A DNA stretch of 64,000 bases, from assembly GCA_965227515.1 (NCBI GenBank), contig CBDDFZ010000001.1:3552001-3616000 (forward strand), in the 5' to 3' direction. The position numbers and the translations under genes are program-made. Each line of letters opens with the position of its first letter. Positions within the stretch are counted from its first letter, which is position 1. Below, piece after piece: positions 18,822-32,152 of the stretch. The stretch comes from Alphaproteobacteria bacterium. GTDB lineage: Bacteria; Pseudomonadota; Alphaproteobacteria; CALKHQ01. The notes below the pieces were generated by a model. The model had not been told where the DNA came from and did no database searches. It was given only the letters and a program-made list of their open reading frames with translations.

Positions 18822-20795
18822 TCATGCCAGTACGCGCTTCGCCGCAGGCTCTTCTTCAGGTTCCTGGTAGGGGGCGACCAATGGAATGCTCAGGGTAAAT
18901 CGCGTGCCCTCTCCCGGAGCGGTGTCCAGATGGATGGTGCCCCCAAGAATATTGTTGACCGCGTTGTACGCGATGAACAAGCCGAGGCCGGTGCCGCCCC
19001 GCCCCAGCGCAGTCGTGAAGAATGGATCGAATACCCTTCGCGCCACATCCGGAGGCATGCCGACGCCATTGTCGCTAAGCCGCAGCGTGACGAAGCGTTC
19101 ATGGCACTCGCCGGTCAATTTGATGATGCCGGCATCTGTCTCCGCGAACCCATGCGCCAGACAGTTCTCGATCAAATTGGTAAGCACCTGTCCCAACTCG
19201 CCAGGGAAGCTGTCCAACTTTGTGTCGCCGGCCTGCGGAAGTGAGATATCGAAGGTGATGTCCTTGTTCCGCAAGGATGGACTGAGCGTGATCAACACCT
19301 CGTCGATCACCTCTTCCAGCGTGAACGCGCGCCGACGCGACGAGGTGCGGTCGGCGGCCACCTGCTTCAAACTGCCGATCAACTCGCCAGCCCGCCGCAG
19401 ATTTCGCTCCACGATTTCCACGGTCGTCCGCACACCGTCCACGAAGGCATTCAACTCGGACCGACGCAGGCCATCCTGTGTCGCCCGCTCGAAATTTCCG
19501 AGCTTCTGGGAGAGCGTTGTGATGGCCAGATGACCGTTGCCCAGGGGCGTGTTCATCTCGTGCGCCAAGCCTGCGACGAGGCGTCCGATCGCTGCCAGTT
19601 TCTCCGATTGAATGAGCTCGTCCTGCGCGCGCCTGACGGTATCGAGCGCGGCCTGGAGCTCAATGTTGCTGTCCCGCAGTGCAACCGTCCGCTCATCAAC
19701 TCGTTGCTCTAGCTCGGCGTTCAGCGTCCGCAATTCGCGCTCACGGCTGCCAATGCCATCGGCCATGCGGCCGAGATCCATCGACAGCTTGTTGAGCTCG
19801 ACGATGCGGCTGCGCGGCCAAGCGTCGGGCCGGTCGCCACGGGCGATACTATCCGCACTCTGTGCGACCTGCCGCAGCGGTCGCACTATGCGCAGCGACC
19901 ACCACGGTGCCAGAACGGTTCCTACGATCAGCGTACCCACGAAACCGACCGCAAAGAGAATGAGTAGTTCGCGAAACCGGGGATTGGCGAGACCCGATGG
20001 AATTCGGCTGACAAACAGCCATCCCAGCGTGTCGGACCGTGCTGCCGAAACCTGGTAGCTGACACCACCCAGATCCATCCGCTCCGGCAATGGCTCGCCG
20101 GCCAGGCCCGCCGCCACGACCGGCACGCCGCTGAGATTGAGCCTTTCGGTCGGCCGCTCGCCGGTATCCGCGACGATCTCACCGTTCTTGTCGACGATCC
20201 AATACTCCAGGCTGCCGCCCGAGTGGGCGATCTGGCCCAGATCCAACAATGTCTGGAACGACAGCTCGGCGATGACGACGCCCTCCCCGCTGGGCAAGGT
20301 GCTGGCAAGCCCCAGCGTCACGCCACCGGTTACCGCCGAAATGTGCTTGTCGCTCCAGATCGTTCCCATTTCAGCCATGGCCTCGCGAAACAACGGGTAG
20401 GTCGAAAGATCGACACCGACCAGCTCCTGCGTTTGCGACGGACTGCGCCCCTCAATGCTGGCGACGTCCAGACGGCCCGCTGCATTGAGCACGAATATGG
20501 CATCCAGGCTCGGCCGCCTTGCATCGTCCATCGCGCCCTGCAGGCTGTCAGCGGGCAGTGCGGCGTATACCTCGCCTAACAACTCGACCCGTGCTTGCAG
20601 TTCTTCCAGGAAGATTTCCACGCGCTGCGCCGTCTGTGCGGCCACCCCCTCCAGCTGCTCCCGGTTCTCGTCCTCAATGCGATCGGACATAACCAGCAGC
20701 AAGCCCGATCCGATGATTGCAACGGAGGCCAACAGCGTGCCGAGCAGCAGCAGTATGACCGAGGTGCGTAGATGCAACCGGCGGAAAATCTTCAT
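18822..20795 (-). CDS. Membrane sensor histidine kinase (periplasmic Cache-like domain, HAMP, HisKA, HATPase)
   Basis: Two TMs; EKLAAIGRLVAGLAHEMNTPLG; QVLTNLIEN; DNGVGM; FDPFFTT; GTGLGL. Confidence 0.92.
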   Translation of the reverse strand: MKIFRRLHLRTSVILLLLGTLLASVAIIGSGLLLVMSDRIEDENREQLEGVAAQTAQRVEIFLEELQARVELLGEVYAALPADSLQGAMDDARRPSLDAIFVLNAAGRLDVASIEGRSPSQTQELVGVDLSTYPLFREAMAEMGTIWSDKHISAVTGGVTLGLASTLPSGEGVVIAELSFQTLLDLGQIAHSGGSLEYWIVDKNGEIVADTGERPTERLNLSGVPVVAAGLAGEPLPERMDLGGVSYQVSAARSDTLGWLFVSRIPSGLANPRFRELLILFAVGFVGTLIVGTVLAPWWSLRIVRPLRQVAQSADSIARGDRPDAWPRSRIVELNKLSMDLGRMADGIGSRERELRTLNAELEQRVDERTVALRDSNIELQAALDTVRRAQDELIQSEKLAAIGRLVAGLAHEMNTPLGNGHLAITTLSQKLGNFERATQDGLRRSELNAFVDGVRTTVEIVERNLRRAGELIGSLKQVAADRTSSRRRAFTLEEVIDEVLITLSPSLRNKDITFDISLPQAGDTKLDSFPGELGQVLTNLIENCLAHGFAETDAGIIKLTGECHERFVTLRLSDNGVGMPPDVARRVFDPFFTTALGRGGTGLGLFIAYNAVNNILGGTIHLDTAPGEGTRFTLSIPLVAPYQEPEEEPAAKRVLA

Positions 20796-21916
20796 GGCAT
20801 CACGAAGTTGCCGCCCCGCACGACCACGAAGAAGGCCCGACGCTGTGCGTCGCCATATTCGTCGAAATCGATGGTCTGCTGCAGGCCTTGCACGCCCCCC
20901 TGGTCCAGGAGCGCTTGCCTGAGCGTCCCATCCTCTTGCTCGGCCAATGCCTGGAAGAGCACGGTCGCGGCGTCATAGGCGGCGATGCCTGCGTAGCCCG
21001 GATACTGGTTGAAACGCTCGGCGAAGGCATCCTTGAACGCCACGTAGCGCTCCGACTGATCGTTGCGGTCGTAGGACTGCACGAGTTCCAGACCTTCGAT
21101 CGAGCCGCCGCCGAGGTGGAGCAACCGTTCAGATGCCGCCCACTCCGCCGCGATCAGCAGGATTTCCTCGTCCAGCTTGCGTATCTGTTGGGCCAACTGG
21201 GCTGTATCGACACCATTGGCGATCAGCAACAACGCATCGGCATCGAACTCCAGCAATCTGCTCGCGGTCTGGGAATAGCCGCGCTCATCGTCGGCATCGA
21301 ACACGTCAAAGCCCGCCAGCGCCCCGCCGGCTGCCTCGAACGCCCTGGTGAACTCGTCCAGCCAACTCTGGGAGAACACGCGGTTGTTGTTGTCGATTGC
21401 GGCGGCCACGCGCACGATGCCCCGCTCGGCATAGTGGGTGGCGTAAATCTGCGCGTTGTCGCGCGTGGTCCAGTTGATGCGAAACAGGTGGTCATCCAAC
21501 CCGGCAAACACCAACGACGACACTGTTGGCGAAATCGCTACCAGCTCCAGTTCGTTCAGTACGGGCAGCATGCCTTCCGCGATCGAGCTGTTGTTGGGAC
21601 CGATAATGGCGACCACGCCGTTCTCGTGCAGGTCGCGCACGGCCGCGGCCGCAACATCCGGATCGTCCTGATCGTCGCGAACAAGCAGTTCGAGCTGTCG
21701 GCCATCGATGCCGCCAGCCTCGTTGATGCCCTCAACGGCAAGCTGAACCGCATTGCGCGATGCCTCGCCAATGTCCGCGGAACGGCCGCTCAGCCCGCCG
21801 ATGAACCCGATCTTGATCGGGCCGGATTCACCGCAGCCCACCAGCAGCAGCACAAGCGTGAAGTATGCGAAGGCCCGGACAACCGCTACGCCGAGAGTCA
21901 AGACGCCAAATGCCAT
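20792..21916 (-). CDS. LivJ-like periplasmic binding protein, probable lipoprotein
   Basis: LLLVGC lipobox; IKIGFIGGLSGRSADIG...INEAGGIDGRQLEL; start uncertain. Confidence 0.85.
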   Translation of the reverse strand: MAFGVLTLGVAVVRAFAYFTLVLLLVGCGESGPIKIGFIGGLSGRSADIGEASRNAVQLAVEGINEAGGIDGRQLELLVRDDQDDPDVAAAAVRDLHENGVVAIIGPNNSSIAEGMLPVLNELELVAISPTVSSLVFAGLDDHLFRINWTTRDNAQIYATHYAERGIVRVAAAIDNNNRVFSQSWLDEFTRAFEAAGGALAGFDVFDADDERGYSQTASRLLEFDADALLLIANGVDTAQLAQQIRKLDEEILLIAAEWAASERLLHLGGGSIEGLELVQSYDRNDQSERYVAFKDAFAERFNQYPGYAGIAAYDAATVLFQALAEQEDGTLRQALLDQGGVQGLQQTIDFDEYGDAQRRAFFVVVRGGNFVMP

Positions 21917-21942
21917 CGCGTATCCTCGATCCGATGTGGGCC

Positions 21943-23208
21943 CTATTCGTTGGCGGTGCCCGTTGCGGTTACCGGCAGCATCGTTTCCTCGGGAAAAATC
22001 AGGCGTACGGTCGTGCCCACATTGGGCTCGGACTCAATGGAAATGTCGCCACCCAAACGTGTGATCAAACGTTTGGTCGCCAAAAGCCCGAGGCCAAGCC
22101 CGCCATGCCCTGAGGTATAGGGGTTTCGGGCGAAATTGAACGGTTGGCCGAGCGCCGTGATGATCGATTTGTCGATGCCAACGCCGTCATCGACCACTGA
22201 GATGAGGAGCCCGTCATTGTCCAAACGCCTGGCGGTGACCCGAACGGAACAGTCGTCCGGATTATGCGTGAAGGCATTGGAAACCAGATTGGTCATCATG
22301 GTCTGCACCATCTTTCGGTCGGTGCGCACCATCAGCTTGCCCTTTGCCCCGCGAACCTTGTGGCGCCGTTTCGATGCGGTCCCGCCCTCCTTGCCGCGCG
22401 CTTCGCCCTCGAAGAACTCAGCGATCAGCTCCTGCAAATCGAAAACCTCGAATGTGAGCGGCTTGCCATCGCCGTCTTCGGCAAACTCCAGGACACTTTC
22501 GACCAGGGACTGCAGGTGACGGCCGGACGTAACGATGTCCCAGGCGTACTCCTTGTATTTTGCCGTGCCGACAGGGCCCAGCGCCTCCGATGCGATCATC
22601 TCCGACATGCCAATAATGCCGTTCAGCGGGGTCCGAAACTCGTGGCTCATGTGTGTGATGAAGTCGGTCTTCGCGCGGCTCGCCGTTTCCGCGATTTTCA
22701 AGGCATTGCGAAGCGCTTCCGACTGGTGTTCAAGACGGTCGATGTCGCGGAAGGACCGCAGAGCCGAATAGATGGTCGTGACAAGTTTGACGGCCGTCAT
22801 GCCGCTCTTGTCCTTATAGTCATTGATGTCGTACTGTCGGATAACGTCGAGTTCTGGCGCATATCCCGGCTGCCCGGTACGCAATACAATCCTCACCCGG
22901 TCGTTATGCATCTCATCGCGGATCCAATGGACCAGTTCCAGGCCGACATATTCGCTCTCCATGACCACATCGAGCAGAACGACCGCGATCGAACTCTCAT
23001 CTTTCATGATGTCGCGCGCTTCCGAGGCCGAATACGCGCTGAGTATTCGCAACCCACGATCTTCGAACTTGAAGTCGCCGAGGGCGAAGCGTGTCGCGCG
23101 ATGCACGGAATCGTCGTCATCGATTATAAGGAGCAACCACGGCGCTTCCGCCCCCGCTTGCTCAAGAAATTCCGTGTCTTCTACAATCGAAAGGCGGTCA
23201 TCTGACAC
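21943..23208 (-). CDS. Hybrid receiver-histidine kinase (REC, HisKA, HATPase)
   Basis: LIIDDD, LLDVVME, RTGQPG, SHEFRTPLNGI, NLVSNAF, DDGVG, GLGLGL; GTG start re-called. Confidence 0.88.
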   Translation of the reverse strand: MSDDRLSIVEDTEFLEQAGAEAPWLLLIIDDDDSVHRATRFALGDFKFEDRGLRILSAYSASEARDIMKDESSIAVVLLDVVMESEYVGLELVHWIRDEMHNDRVRIVLRTGQPGYAPELDVIRQYDINDYKDKSGMTAVKLVTTIYSALRSFRDIDRLEHQSEALRNALKIAETASRAKTDFITHMSHEFRTPLNGIIGMSEMIASEALGPVGTAKYKEYAWDIVTSGRHLQSLVESVLEFAEDGDGKPLTFEVFDLQELIAEFFEGEARGKEGGTASKRRHKVRGAKGKLMVRTDRKMVQTMMTNLVSNAFTHNPDDCSVRVTARRLDNDGLLISVVDDGVGIDKSIITALGQPFNFARNPYTSGHGGLGLGLLATKRLITRLGGDISIESEPNVGTTVRLIFPEETMLPVTATGTANE

Positions 23209-23879
23209 GTGAGCACCTGCACTGACATTGTCCCTGCCCGGGGCACCCCGAAAGGCGCGCAGCGAATGTGGCACGACGTGCGACAGATCCGAATTTGGAC
23301 GGCGCCGCACGAGCCCGTACCTGCCAAGCCATGCGCCAACGTGAGGTCCCCCTCATCCCCATCGTTCAATTAATGTACTCATTTGGCTAAAAGTTTGGCA
23401 ACTCCTGCCGAAAAATATCGCATACATTGGTATGTCGGTTTTCGACGGACACTATATCGACTGCGCCGCACGCGTCCCATCTGTGTCACTAGCAAGCCAC
23501 CGAATTAACTCAGGAATGACGGTATGGTGACAGCTTACAGCCGCCGATTGTCGGAGACGCCCAGCCCCTCGCGCTTGTCCTAATTGAACACCGTTTTGCC
23601 AAGCGGCACTTGCAGCTTTTGTGCGATACAAGCTTCCATACTCGGCAGCGATGGTACTCTGACATTCGATACTGAAGAGAATCGTGGCTGGACACCGGGA
23701 TTCATGCCCGCCTGCACGTCGCTTCATGCCTGCACGCGTTGCCAGCAAAAAATGTCCCATGGATTCATACGCAGCTATTTCGCTGAGGGTCGGCCAGCCC
23801 GAGGGTTTCAGCGTACCGGTTTGGCCTGAGATTGCACCAGTGCCGCAATCTCGTGCGCCGTTATGCAAGGGTGGGGGAG

Positions 23880-24599
23880 TCATCGCGCGGTGCGGGCCAG
23901 GTACACCGTCTGGGTGAAGTCGTTGCCCTGCAAAGGGTTGTGGAACGTCACCGGCGCGGCCCGACTGTCCGCGAAGCAAGCGGCGAGGCGCGCCGTGAAG
24001 GCATCGTCCGGCGGCTCGTTGGACCACAGGCCGAAGACCCCGCCCGGCTTCAGGTGGCGGGCCACGCCGGCCAGGCCCCGGGGCGTGTAGAAACCGGCAT
24101 TGCCGGGGTCGAGTAACGCAGTCGGGGAGTGGTCGATGTCGACCAGGACGGCGTCGAACCGCCGGCGCGGCAGGTTCGGGTCGAACCCGTCCGCGGCCGC
24201 CGCCAGCGCGAAGAAGTCGCCTTCCACGAACCGGCAGCGCGGATCACCGGTCAGTTCCGGCCCCAGGGGCAGCAACCCGGACCGGTGCCAGTCGATCACC
24301 GCGTCCAGGGCGTCGACCACGATCAGCGACGCGACGCTGGCATCGGCCAGAACTTCGCGCGCGGTGTAGCCGAGCCCCAGGCCGCCGACCACGACGTCGG
24401 CCCCGCCCCGTCCGAGTTCCGCCAACCCAAGCCGCGCCAGCGCGACCTCGGAGTCCGTGAACAGGCTGGTCATCAGGAACTCGTCGCCGAGCTTGATCTC
24501 GATCACGTCGACACCGAGCGACAGGTCGTGCCGCCGGCGCAGGCTCAGCTCGCCGATGGGCGTGGCGCGGTAGTCGAGCTCCTCGAACATCGGTGGCAT
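23880..24599 (-). CDS. Stand-alone spermidine-synthase-like class I SAM methyltransferase
   Basis: EFLMTSLFT, VVVGGLGLGY, GDFF, DAVLVDIDH, LKPGGVFGLWS. Confidence 0.8.
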   Translation of the reverse strand: MPPMFEELDYRATPIGELSLRRRHDLSLGVDVIEIKLGDEFLMTSLFTDSEVALARLGLAELGRGGADVVVGGLGLGYTAREVLADASVASLIVVDALDAVIDWHRSGLLPLGPELTGDPRCRFVEGDFFALAAAADGFDPNLPRRRFDAVLVDIDHSPTALLDPGNAGFYTPRGLAGVARHLKPGGVFGLWSNEPPDDAFTARLAACFADSRAAPVTFHNPLQGNDFTQTVYLARTAR

Positions 24600-24761
24600 G
24601 TGAAGGCGTCCTCTTGGTCAGGGCGGCGGCCAACCTGCCGGACGAGTCCGGCCGCAACAGCGGGCAGATGGCCGGCTTGCACGATAATTGCTTTCGCCAT
24701 GCGGCGGGGCTTCATAAGATCGTCAATGCGATCGCACGGCAACGGTTGCAAGGGGGTGCCT

Positions 24762-25721
24762 GTGTTTGGCCATGCGTTGGACCTGCGATATTTGCGCTCC
24801 TTCCTCGTCGTGGCGGAGACCGGCAGCGTCACCCAGGCAGCGGCCCAGCTCGGCCGCACCCAGCCGGCCATCACCATGCAGTTGCAGAAGCTGGAGGAGC
24901 TGGTCGGCAAGCAGCTCTTCACGCCGGAAAGCCGTCGCACGCAGCTGACCGAGGACGGCGAAGTGGTGCTGCACTATGCCAAGTCGCTGCTGCGGATGCA
25001 GGACGAGATGATGCTGCGCCTGTCGACCGCGCCGATCCAGGGCCACGTCATCCTGGGCACGCCGGACCTCTATGCCGCCTATCTGCTGCCGCCGGTGCTG
25101 GCCCGGTTCCGACAGGCATTCCCCGGCATCCAGGTCGAGCTGCGGTGCTCGCTCAGCACGCCGCTGCTCAGCCTGGTCCGGCAGGGCGAGGTCGACATTG
25201 CCCTAATCACCCGCATGCGCGGGTTCACCGGCGGACAGGTTGTGCACCAGGAACAGCTCATCTGGGTCGCCAGCAAGCGCTATGACGCGCATCTGAAGGA
25301 CCCTGTGCCGCTGGCCGTTCTGCCGCCGGGCAATATCTTTCGCGAGCATGCGATCGACGCGCTGGAAAGATCGGGGCGGCGCTGGCGCGTGATCTGCACC
25401 AGCGAGAGCATGGGCGGGCTGCAGGCGGCCGTGTTCGCCGGCATGGCGGTGGCGGTGGTGGCGCAGTCCGCCCTGGTCCCCGGCATGCGCCAGATCGGGC
25501 CCGAGGAGTATTTTCCGGCGCTGCCCAAGGTGGACCTGCTGCTCTATCGCGCACCGAGCAAGAGCGACGACGCCACCAAGACCCTGGCTGACTACCTCGG
25601 CCACTTCCTGCGCTTCGGCCGCGACGCCATGCCGGCCTCGGGTCAGCCAGGTGCATCGCCGGACAAGGGCGAGGACGCATGGCACGAGCCGCTGGCCGAA
25701 GTCGCCGGCGGCCGGCGCTGA
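24762..25721 (+). CDS. LysR-family regulator
   Basis: LDLRYLRSFLVVAETGSVTQAAAQLGRTQPAITMQLQKLEE; GTG start re-called. Confidence 0.92.
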   Translation: MFGHALDLRYLRSFLVVAETGSVTQAAAQLGRTQPAITMQLQKLEELVGKQLFTPESRRTQLTEDGEVVLHYAKSLLRMQDEMMLRLSTAPIQGHVILGTPDLYAAYLLPPVLARFRQAFPGIQVELRCSLSTPLLSLVRQGEVDIALITRMRGFTGGQVVHQEQLIWVASKRYDAHLKDPVPLAVLPPGNIFREHAIDALERSGRRWRVICTSESMGGLQAAVFAGMAVAVVAQSALVPGMRQIGPEEYFPALPKVDLLLYRAPSKSDDATKTLADYLGHFLRFGRDAMPASGQPGASPDKGEDAWHEPLAEVAGGRR

Positions 25722-25733
25722 CCTAACCGAAGT

Positions 25734-27239
25734 TTACTGTTCCGACGCCGCGAGCGGTGGGGCCGTGTCGGCGTCGCCGGCACCCAACGTCGGCCAATGG
25801 TCCGCCCAGGGCCGAAGGATCTCCATGCTGGCGGCAACGCGGAAGATCGTGGTCTCGTCCAGCCACGGTGCCACGATCTGCAAGCCGATCGGCAAGCCGT
25901 CGCGGTCGAAACCGTTGGGCACGGTGGCCGCCGGCAGGCCCGCGAGATTGATCGGCCAGGAGAACGGCGACCAGCCGAGATGCCGGTCCACCGTACGCCC
26001 ATCGATCTCGTCGACCCCAAGCGTACCGGCGGCAAACGCCGTCGTCGCCACCGTCGGCGTGACCAATGCCGCAACATCGTCGAACAGCTTCACGAAACTG
26101 CCGCGCAATTGCGCGCGCCGGTGGGTGGCAGCCATGTAGTCGCGCCCGCTGTAAACCTGCCCCTTGCGCACGACGTCGGCGAAGTCGGGCTCGGACAGGC
26201 CGAGCTCTTCCTCGGATCGCGTCATCGCCGCCGTCGACTGCTCGGTGTAGCCGATGGGCTTCAGGATGCCGGTCAGCGCATCCTCCGGCACCGCCAGGTC
26301 CGCTTCCACCAGTTCCGCGCCCAGTTCCTCCAGCGCGGCCAGCGATGCCTCGAACGCCGCGCGCACGTCCGGGTCCAGCGCAGCCCAGCCGAAATCAGCC
26401 GTGTAGGCGATGCGCATGCCGGCGATGCCGTCGCCCGCCAGCATGTGCAGGCGCGGCTGCACCGGCAAGCTGACCGCGTCGCGCCGGTCATAGCCCTCGA
26501 TCACGCTCAGCAGCAGCGCCGTGTCGCCGACCGTTCGGCCGATGGGGCCGGTGTGCGCCAGCGAGCCCCAGCTCGGCGGAAAGAAGCCGGGCGCGCGCGG
26601 CACCAGGCCAAACGTCGGCTTGATACCGAATACGCCACAGAACGAGGACGGCACCCGAATGGAACCGACCGCATCGGTACCGATGGCCAGCGGGCCGCAA
26701 CCGGCCGCCACCGCCGCCGCCGCACCGCCGCTGGAGCCGCCGCTGGTGCGGTCCAGCCGCCAGGGGTTGCGGGTGATTCCCGAGACCGGGCTGTCGGCGG
26801 TCAGCTTGTATCCGCTCTCGCAGGTCGTGGTCTTGCACGTCATCACCGCGCCGGCGCGGCGCAGCGCCTGCACGACGGCGGAGTCCTCGCTCGGCACATG
26901 GCCGTTGTTCATCGGCGAGCCGCCCAGCGCCGGCACCCCCGCGACATAGACCAGGTCCTTGACCGTCACCGGCACGCCCTGCAGGGCGCCCGCGTTCTCG
27001 CCACGGGCCCAGGCAGCGGTGGCGCGAGCGGCCTCGGCGCGGGCCTGTTCGAACATCTCGGTGACAATCACACCGCAAACGGCATCCGTCGCCTCGAGCG
27101 CGCAAATGACGTCGTCGACCACTTCGCTGGGGGAGAAGTCGCCGTTCTGGTAGCCCTCCATCAGGGCAATCGCGGGCATTCTGGCAAATGCGCCAGTTGG
27201 CTTGTTCTTGGTGGACACTGATGCTCTCTCCTGGGCCAC
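25734..27239 (-). CDS. Amidase signature family enzyme
   Basis: GVPVTVKD, GGSSGG, GTDAVGSIRVP (Ser-cisSer-Lys triad). Confidence 0.93.
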   Translation of the reverse strand: MAQERASVSTKNKPTGAFARMPAIALMEGYQNGDFSPSEVVDDVICALEATDAVCGVIVTEMFEQARAEAARATAAWARGENAGALQGVPVTVKDLVYVAGVPALGGSPMNNGHVPSEDSAVVQALRRAGAVMTCKTTTCESGYKLTADSPVSGITRNPWRLDRTSGGSSGGAAAAVAAGCGPLAIGTDAVGSIRVPSSFCGVFGIKPTFGLVPRAPGFFPPSWGSLAHTGPIGRTVGDTALLLSVIEGYDRRDAVSLPVQPRLHMLAGDGIAGMRIAYTADFGWAALDPDVRAAFEASLAALEELGAELVEADLAVPEDALTGILKPIGYTEQSTAAMTRSEEELGLSEPDFADVVRKGQVYSGRDYMAATHRRAQLRGSFVKLFDDVAALVTPTVATTAFAAGTLGVDEIDGRTVDRHLGWSPFSWPINLAGLPAATVPNGFDRDGLPIGLQIVAPWLDETTIFRVAASMEILRPWADHWPTLGAGDADTAPPLAASEQ

Positions 27240-27280
27240 CCCGCCTGGCGAGGTGAGGACGGCCGACGGCCGCCCTTAAT

Positions 27281-28075
27281 TCATGCGATCTGCGCTACCG
27301 CGCGACGGGTCAATGTCGTGATCAGGCTCCCTCTATAGGCCGCGGGCCCATGAATATCGCTGACGAGGCTTTCGGTCGGCACGGCGATGCCGTCGACCGC
27401 CTGCGGGTCGAACGACGACCCGAGCGCGTCCTCGAACGCCGGCATGCGGAACACGCACGGGCCGGCCCCGGTGACGGCAACCCGCACACCAGCCGACGTC
27501 CGCGCGACGAACACGCCGACAAGGGCGTAGCGCGACGCCGGGCTCTTGAATTTCACGTAGGCGGCGGCCTCGGGCACCGGGAAGCTGACCGCTGTCACGA
27601 TCTCATCGTCACCGAGCGCGGTCTCGAACATGCCGGTGAAGAAGTCCTCGGCCGGGATGCTGCGGGTGTCGGTCACCACCGTCGCACCCAACCCCACCAG
27701 GCCGGCCGGATAGTCGGCTGCGGGGTCGTTGTTGGCGATGGAGCCGCCGATGGTGCCGCGATTGCGCACCTGGGGATCGCCGATGCCGCCGGCCAACGCC
27801 GCCAGCGCCGGGATCTTGGCCTGCACCAGTTCGGACCGCGCCACCGAGTCGTGCGGAGTCATGGCACCGATCACCAGGGCGCTGTCCTTTTCCTCGATGG
27901 CGCTGAGCGACGGCACGCCGGCCAGTGTCACCAGGTCGGACGGGGCGGCCAGCCGCTGCTTGATGGTTGGCATCAGCGTCATGCCGCCGGCCATCAGCTT
28001 CGCCTCCGGATTGGCACCGAGCAGCGCCTTGGCGGCGTCGAGGCCGTCGGGACGATGGAACGAGAATTCAGGCAT
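27281..28075 (-). CDS. coxM: Mo-hydroxylase FAD subunit (CoxM/CutM-like)
   Basis: MAGGMTL, IGDPQVRNRGTIGGSIANNDPAAD. Confidence 0.85.
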   Translation of the reverse strand: MPEFSFHRPDGLDAAKALLGANPEAKLMAGGMTLMPTIKQRLAAPSDLVTLAGVPSLSAIEEKDSALVIGAMTPHDSVARSELVQAKIPALAALAGGIGDPQVRNRGTIGGSIANNDPAADYPAGLVGLGATVVTDTRSIPAEDFFTGMFETALGDDEIVTAVSFPVPEAAAYVKFKSPASRYALVGVFVARTSAGVRVAVTGAGPCVFRMPAFEDALGSSFDPQAVDGIAVPTESLVSDIHGPAAYRGSLITTLTRRAVAQIA

Positions 28076-28087
28076 CCGCGCGCGCTC

Positions 28088-30475
<2,388 letters not shown>

Positions 30476-30487
30476 GACGCTCTCTCC

Positions 30488-30979
30488 CTACGACGCCGAG
30501 CGCATCGCGGCAGCGCCGGCGATGACGGACTTGACGATGTTCTGGTAGCCGGTGCAGCGGCAGATGTTGCCTTCCAGCCAGTGGCGCACGTCGGCTTCGC
30601 TCGGCTCCGGATTGCGGGAGACCAGGTCGAGCGCGCTCATCACCATGCCGGGGGTGCAGAAACCGCATTGCAGGCCGTGGCATTCGTGGAACGCCTGCTG
30701 CATCGGGTGCAGGGTGTCGTCGGTGGCCAGCCCCTCGATGGTGGTGACCTCGGCGCCGTCGGCCTCCACCGCCAGCATGGTGCAGCTCTTCACCGACGCA
30801 CCGTCGACGAGCACCACGCAGGCACCGCACTGGCTGGTGTCACAGCCCTGGTGCGTGCCGGTCAGGCGAAGCTGCTCGCGCAGGAAATCCATCAACAGCG
30901 TCGACGGCGACACCGTTTCGGTCACGTCCTCGCCGTTGACCTTGAGTGAGACTTCCATCGCTCCGTTCCCTTTGCTCAT
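30488..30979 (-). CDS. coxS: Mo-hydroxylase 2x[2Fe-2S] subunit (CoxS-like)
   Basis: [10 protein letters not shown]...KSC; QCGFCTPG; NICRCTGY. Confidence 0.9.
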   Translation of the reverse strand: MSKGNGAMEVSLKVNGEDVTETVSPSTLLMDFLREQLRLTGTHQGCDTSQCGACVVLVDGASVKSCTMLAVEADGAEVTTIEGLATDDTLHPMQQAFHECHGLQCGFCTPGMVMSALDLVSRNPEPSEADVRHWLEGNICRCTGYQNIVKSVIAGAAAMRSAS

Positions 30980-31031
30980 CGGTTCCTTGTTCTCCCTGCC
31001 GGACTGCGTGTCCGGCCGATATCGGGTTCCT

Positions 31032-32132
31032 TCAGATCAGCATCCGCGTCTCTTCGGCCCGCCACCGGGCAGTGACGGGCTGCCCCTCCTCCACCGGCGC
31101 GGCAAAGAATTCCTTCTCTCCGACGTATGCGAAGAACGGCTGGTCCGATCCGGTCGCGAGTTCCACCTTGACGAAAGTGCCCTGGTACTCGACCGCAAGA
31201 ACCGTGCCCGGCAGCGCGCCGTAGCCGCCATCGTCGCCGGCCGATCCGGCCGCCAGGTGGACCAGATCGCGGCGCACCGCGATGTCGATGTTGCTGCCGG
31301 CATGGGGTGCGGCGCCGTTCAACAGCGGCACCTGGAACGACGTTCCGCCCGCAGGCTCCAGCATCGCGGTGGTACCCTCAACATTGGCGACCTTGGCGCT
31401 CAGCACGTTCTGGCCACCCAGAAAATCGGCGACGTAGCGGTCCTTCGGCTTGGCATAGACATCGTGGGCCGAACCGGACTGGCGGATCTTGCCGTGCTCC
31501 ATCACCACGACCAGGTCGGCGAGCGCGATGGCCTCCAGCTGAGTGTGGGTGACGTGGACGAAGGTGATGCCGAGGTCACGCTGCATGCGCCGCAGTTCTG
31601 AGCGCATCTGCACCCGGAGCTGCTCGTCCAGGGCCGACAGCGGCTCGTCGAGCAGCAGCACCTTCGGCTCGGTGATCGCCGCCCGGGCCAGCGCCACGCG
31701 CTGCTGCTGGCCGCCGGACAACTGCCCCGGCAGCCGGTCGGCCATGGCCGTGAGCTGCACCTTCTCGATCATCGCGTCCGCGGCGCGATAGCGGTCCGAC
31801 TTCGACATGCCGCGCACCCGCATCGAGAACGCCACGTTGTCGCGCACGCTCAGGTGCGGGAACAGGGCATAGGACTGGAACATCATCGCGGTGCGGCGTT
31901 CCAGCGGCTCCATGCCGACGACGTTCTCGCCGCCGATCAGGATCTCGCCGTCGGAGGGGTCCTCGTGGCCGGCGATCATCCGCAGAATGGTGGTCTTGCC
32001 GCAGCCCGACGGGCCCAGGAAGCAGCAATAGCTGCCGTCCTCCACCGTCAGGCTGACCCCGTCGACCGCCGTCGTGGCGCCGAAGGTCTTGTAGATGCCG
32101 ACAAGCTCGATGCTGCCGTTCTCGATTGCCAT
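31032..32132 (-). CDS. ABC ATPase (PotA-like, TOBE domain)
   Basis: [34 protein letters not shown]. Confidence 0.93.
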   Translation of the reverse strand: MAIENGSIELVGIYKTFGATTAVDGVSLTVEDGSYCCFLGPSGCGKTTILRMIAGHEDPSDGEILIGGENVVGMEPLERRTAMMFQSYALFPHLSVRDNVAFSMRVRGMSKSDRYRAADAMIEKVQLTAMADRLPGQLSGGQQQRVALARAAITEPKVLLLDEPLSALDEQLRVQMRSELRRMQRDLGITFVHVTHTQLEAIALADLVVVMEHGKIRQSGSAHDVYAKPKDRYVADFLGGQNVLSAKVANVEGTTAMLEPAGGTSFQVPLLNGAAPHAGSNIDIAVRRDLVHLAAGSAGDDGGYGALPGTVLAVEYQGTFVKVELATGSDQPFFAYVGEKEFFAAPVEEGQPVTARWRAEETRMLI

Positions 32133-32152
32133 TGTCTGCCTGGCCCCCGGGT

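Noticed and set aside
23880-24599. True spermidine synthase speE, or a functional link to the PIMT locus
   Set aside because: Short protein lacking the GGGDG motif, 31 kb from the PIMT locus, with no evidence of linkage.
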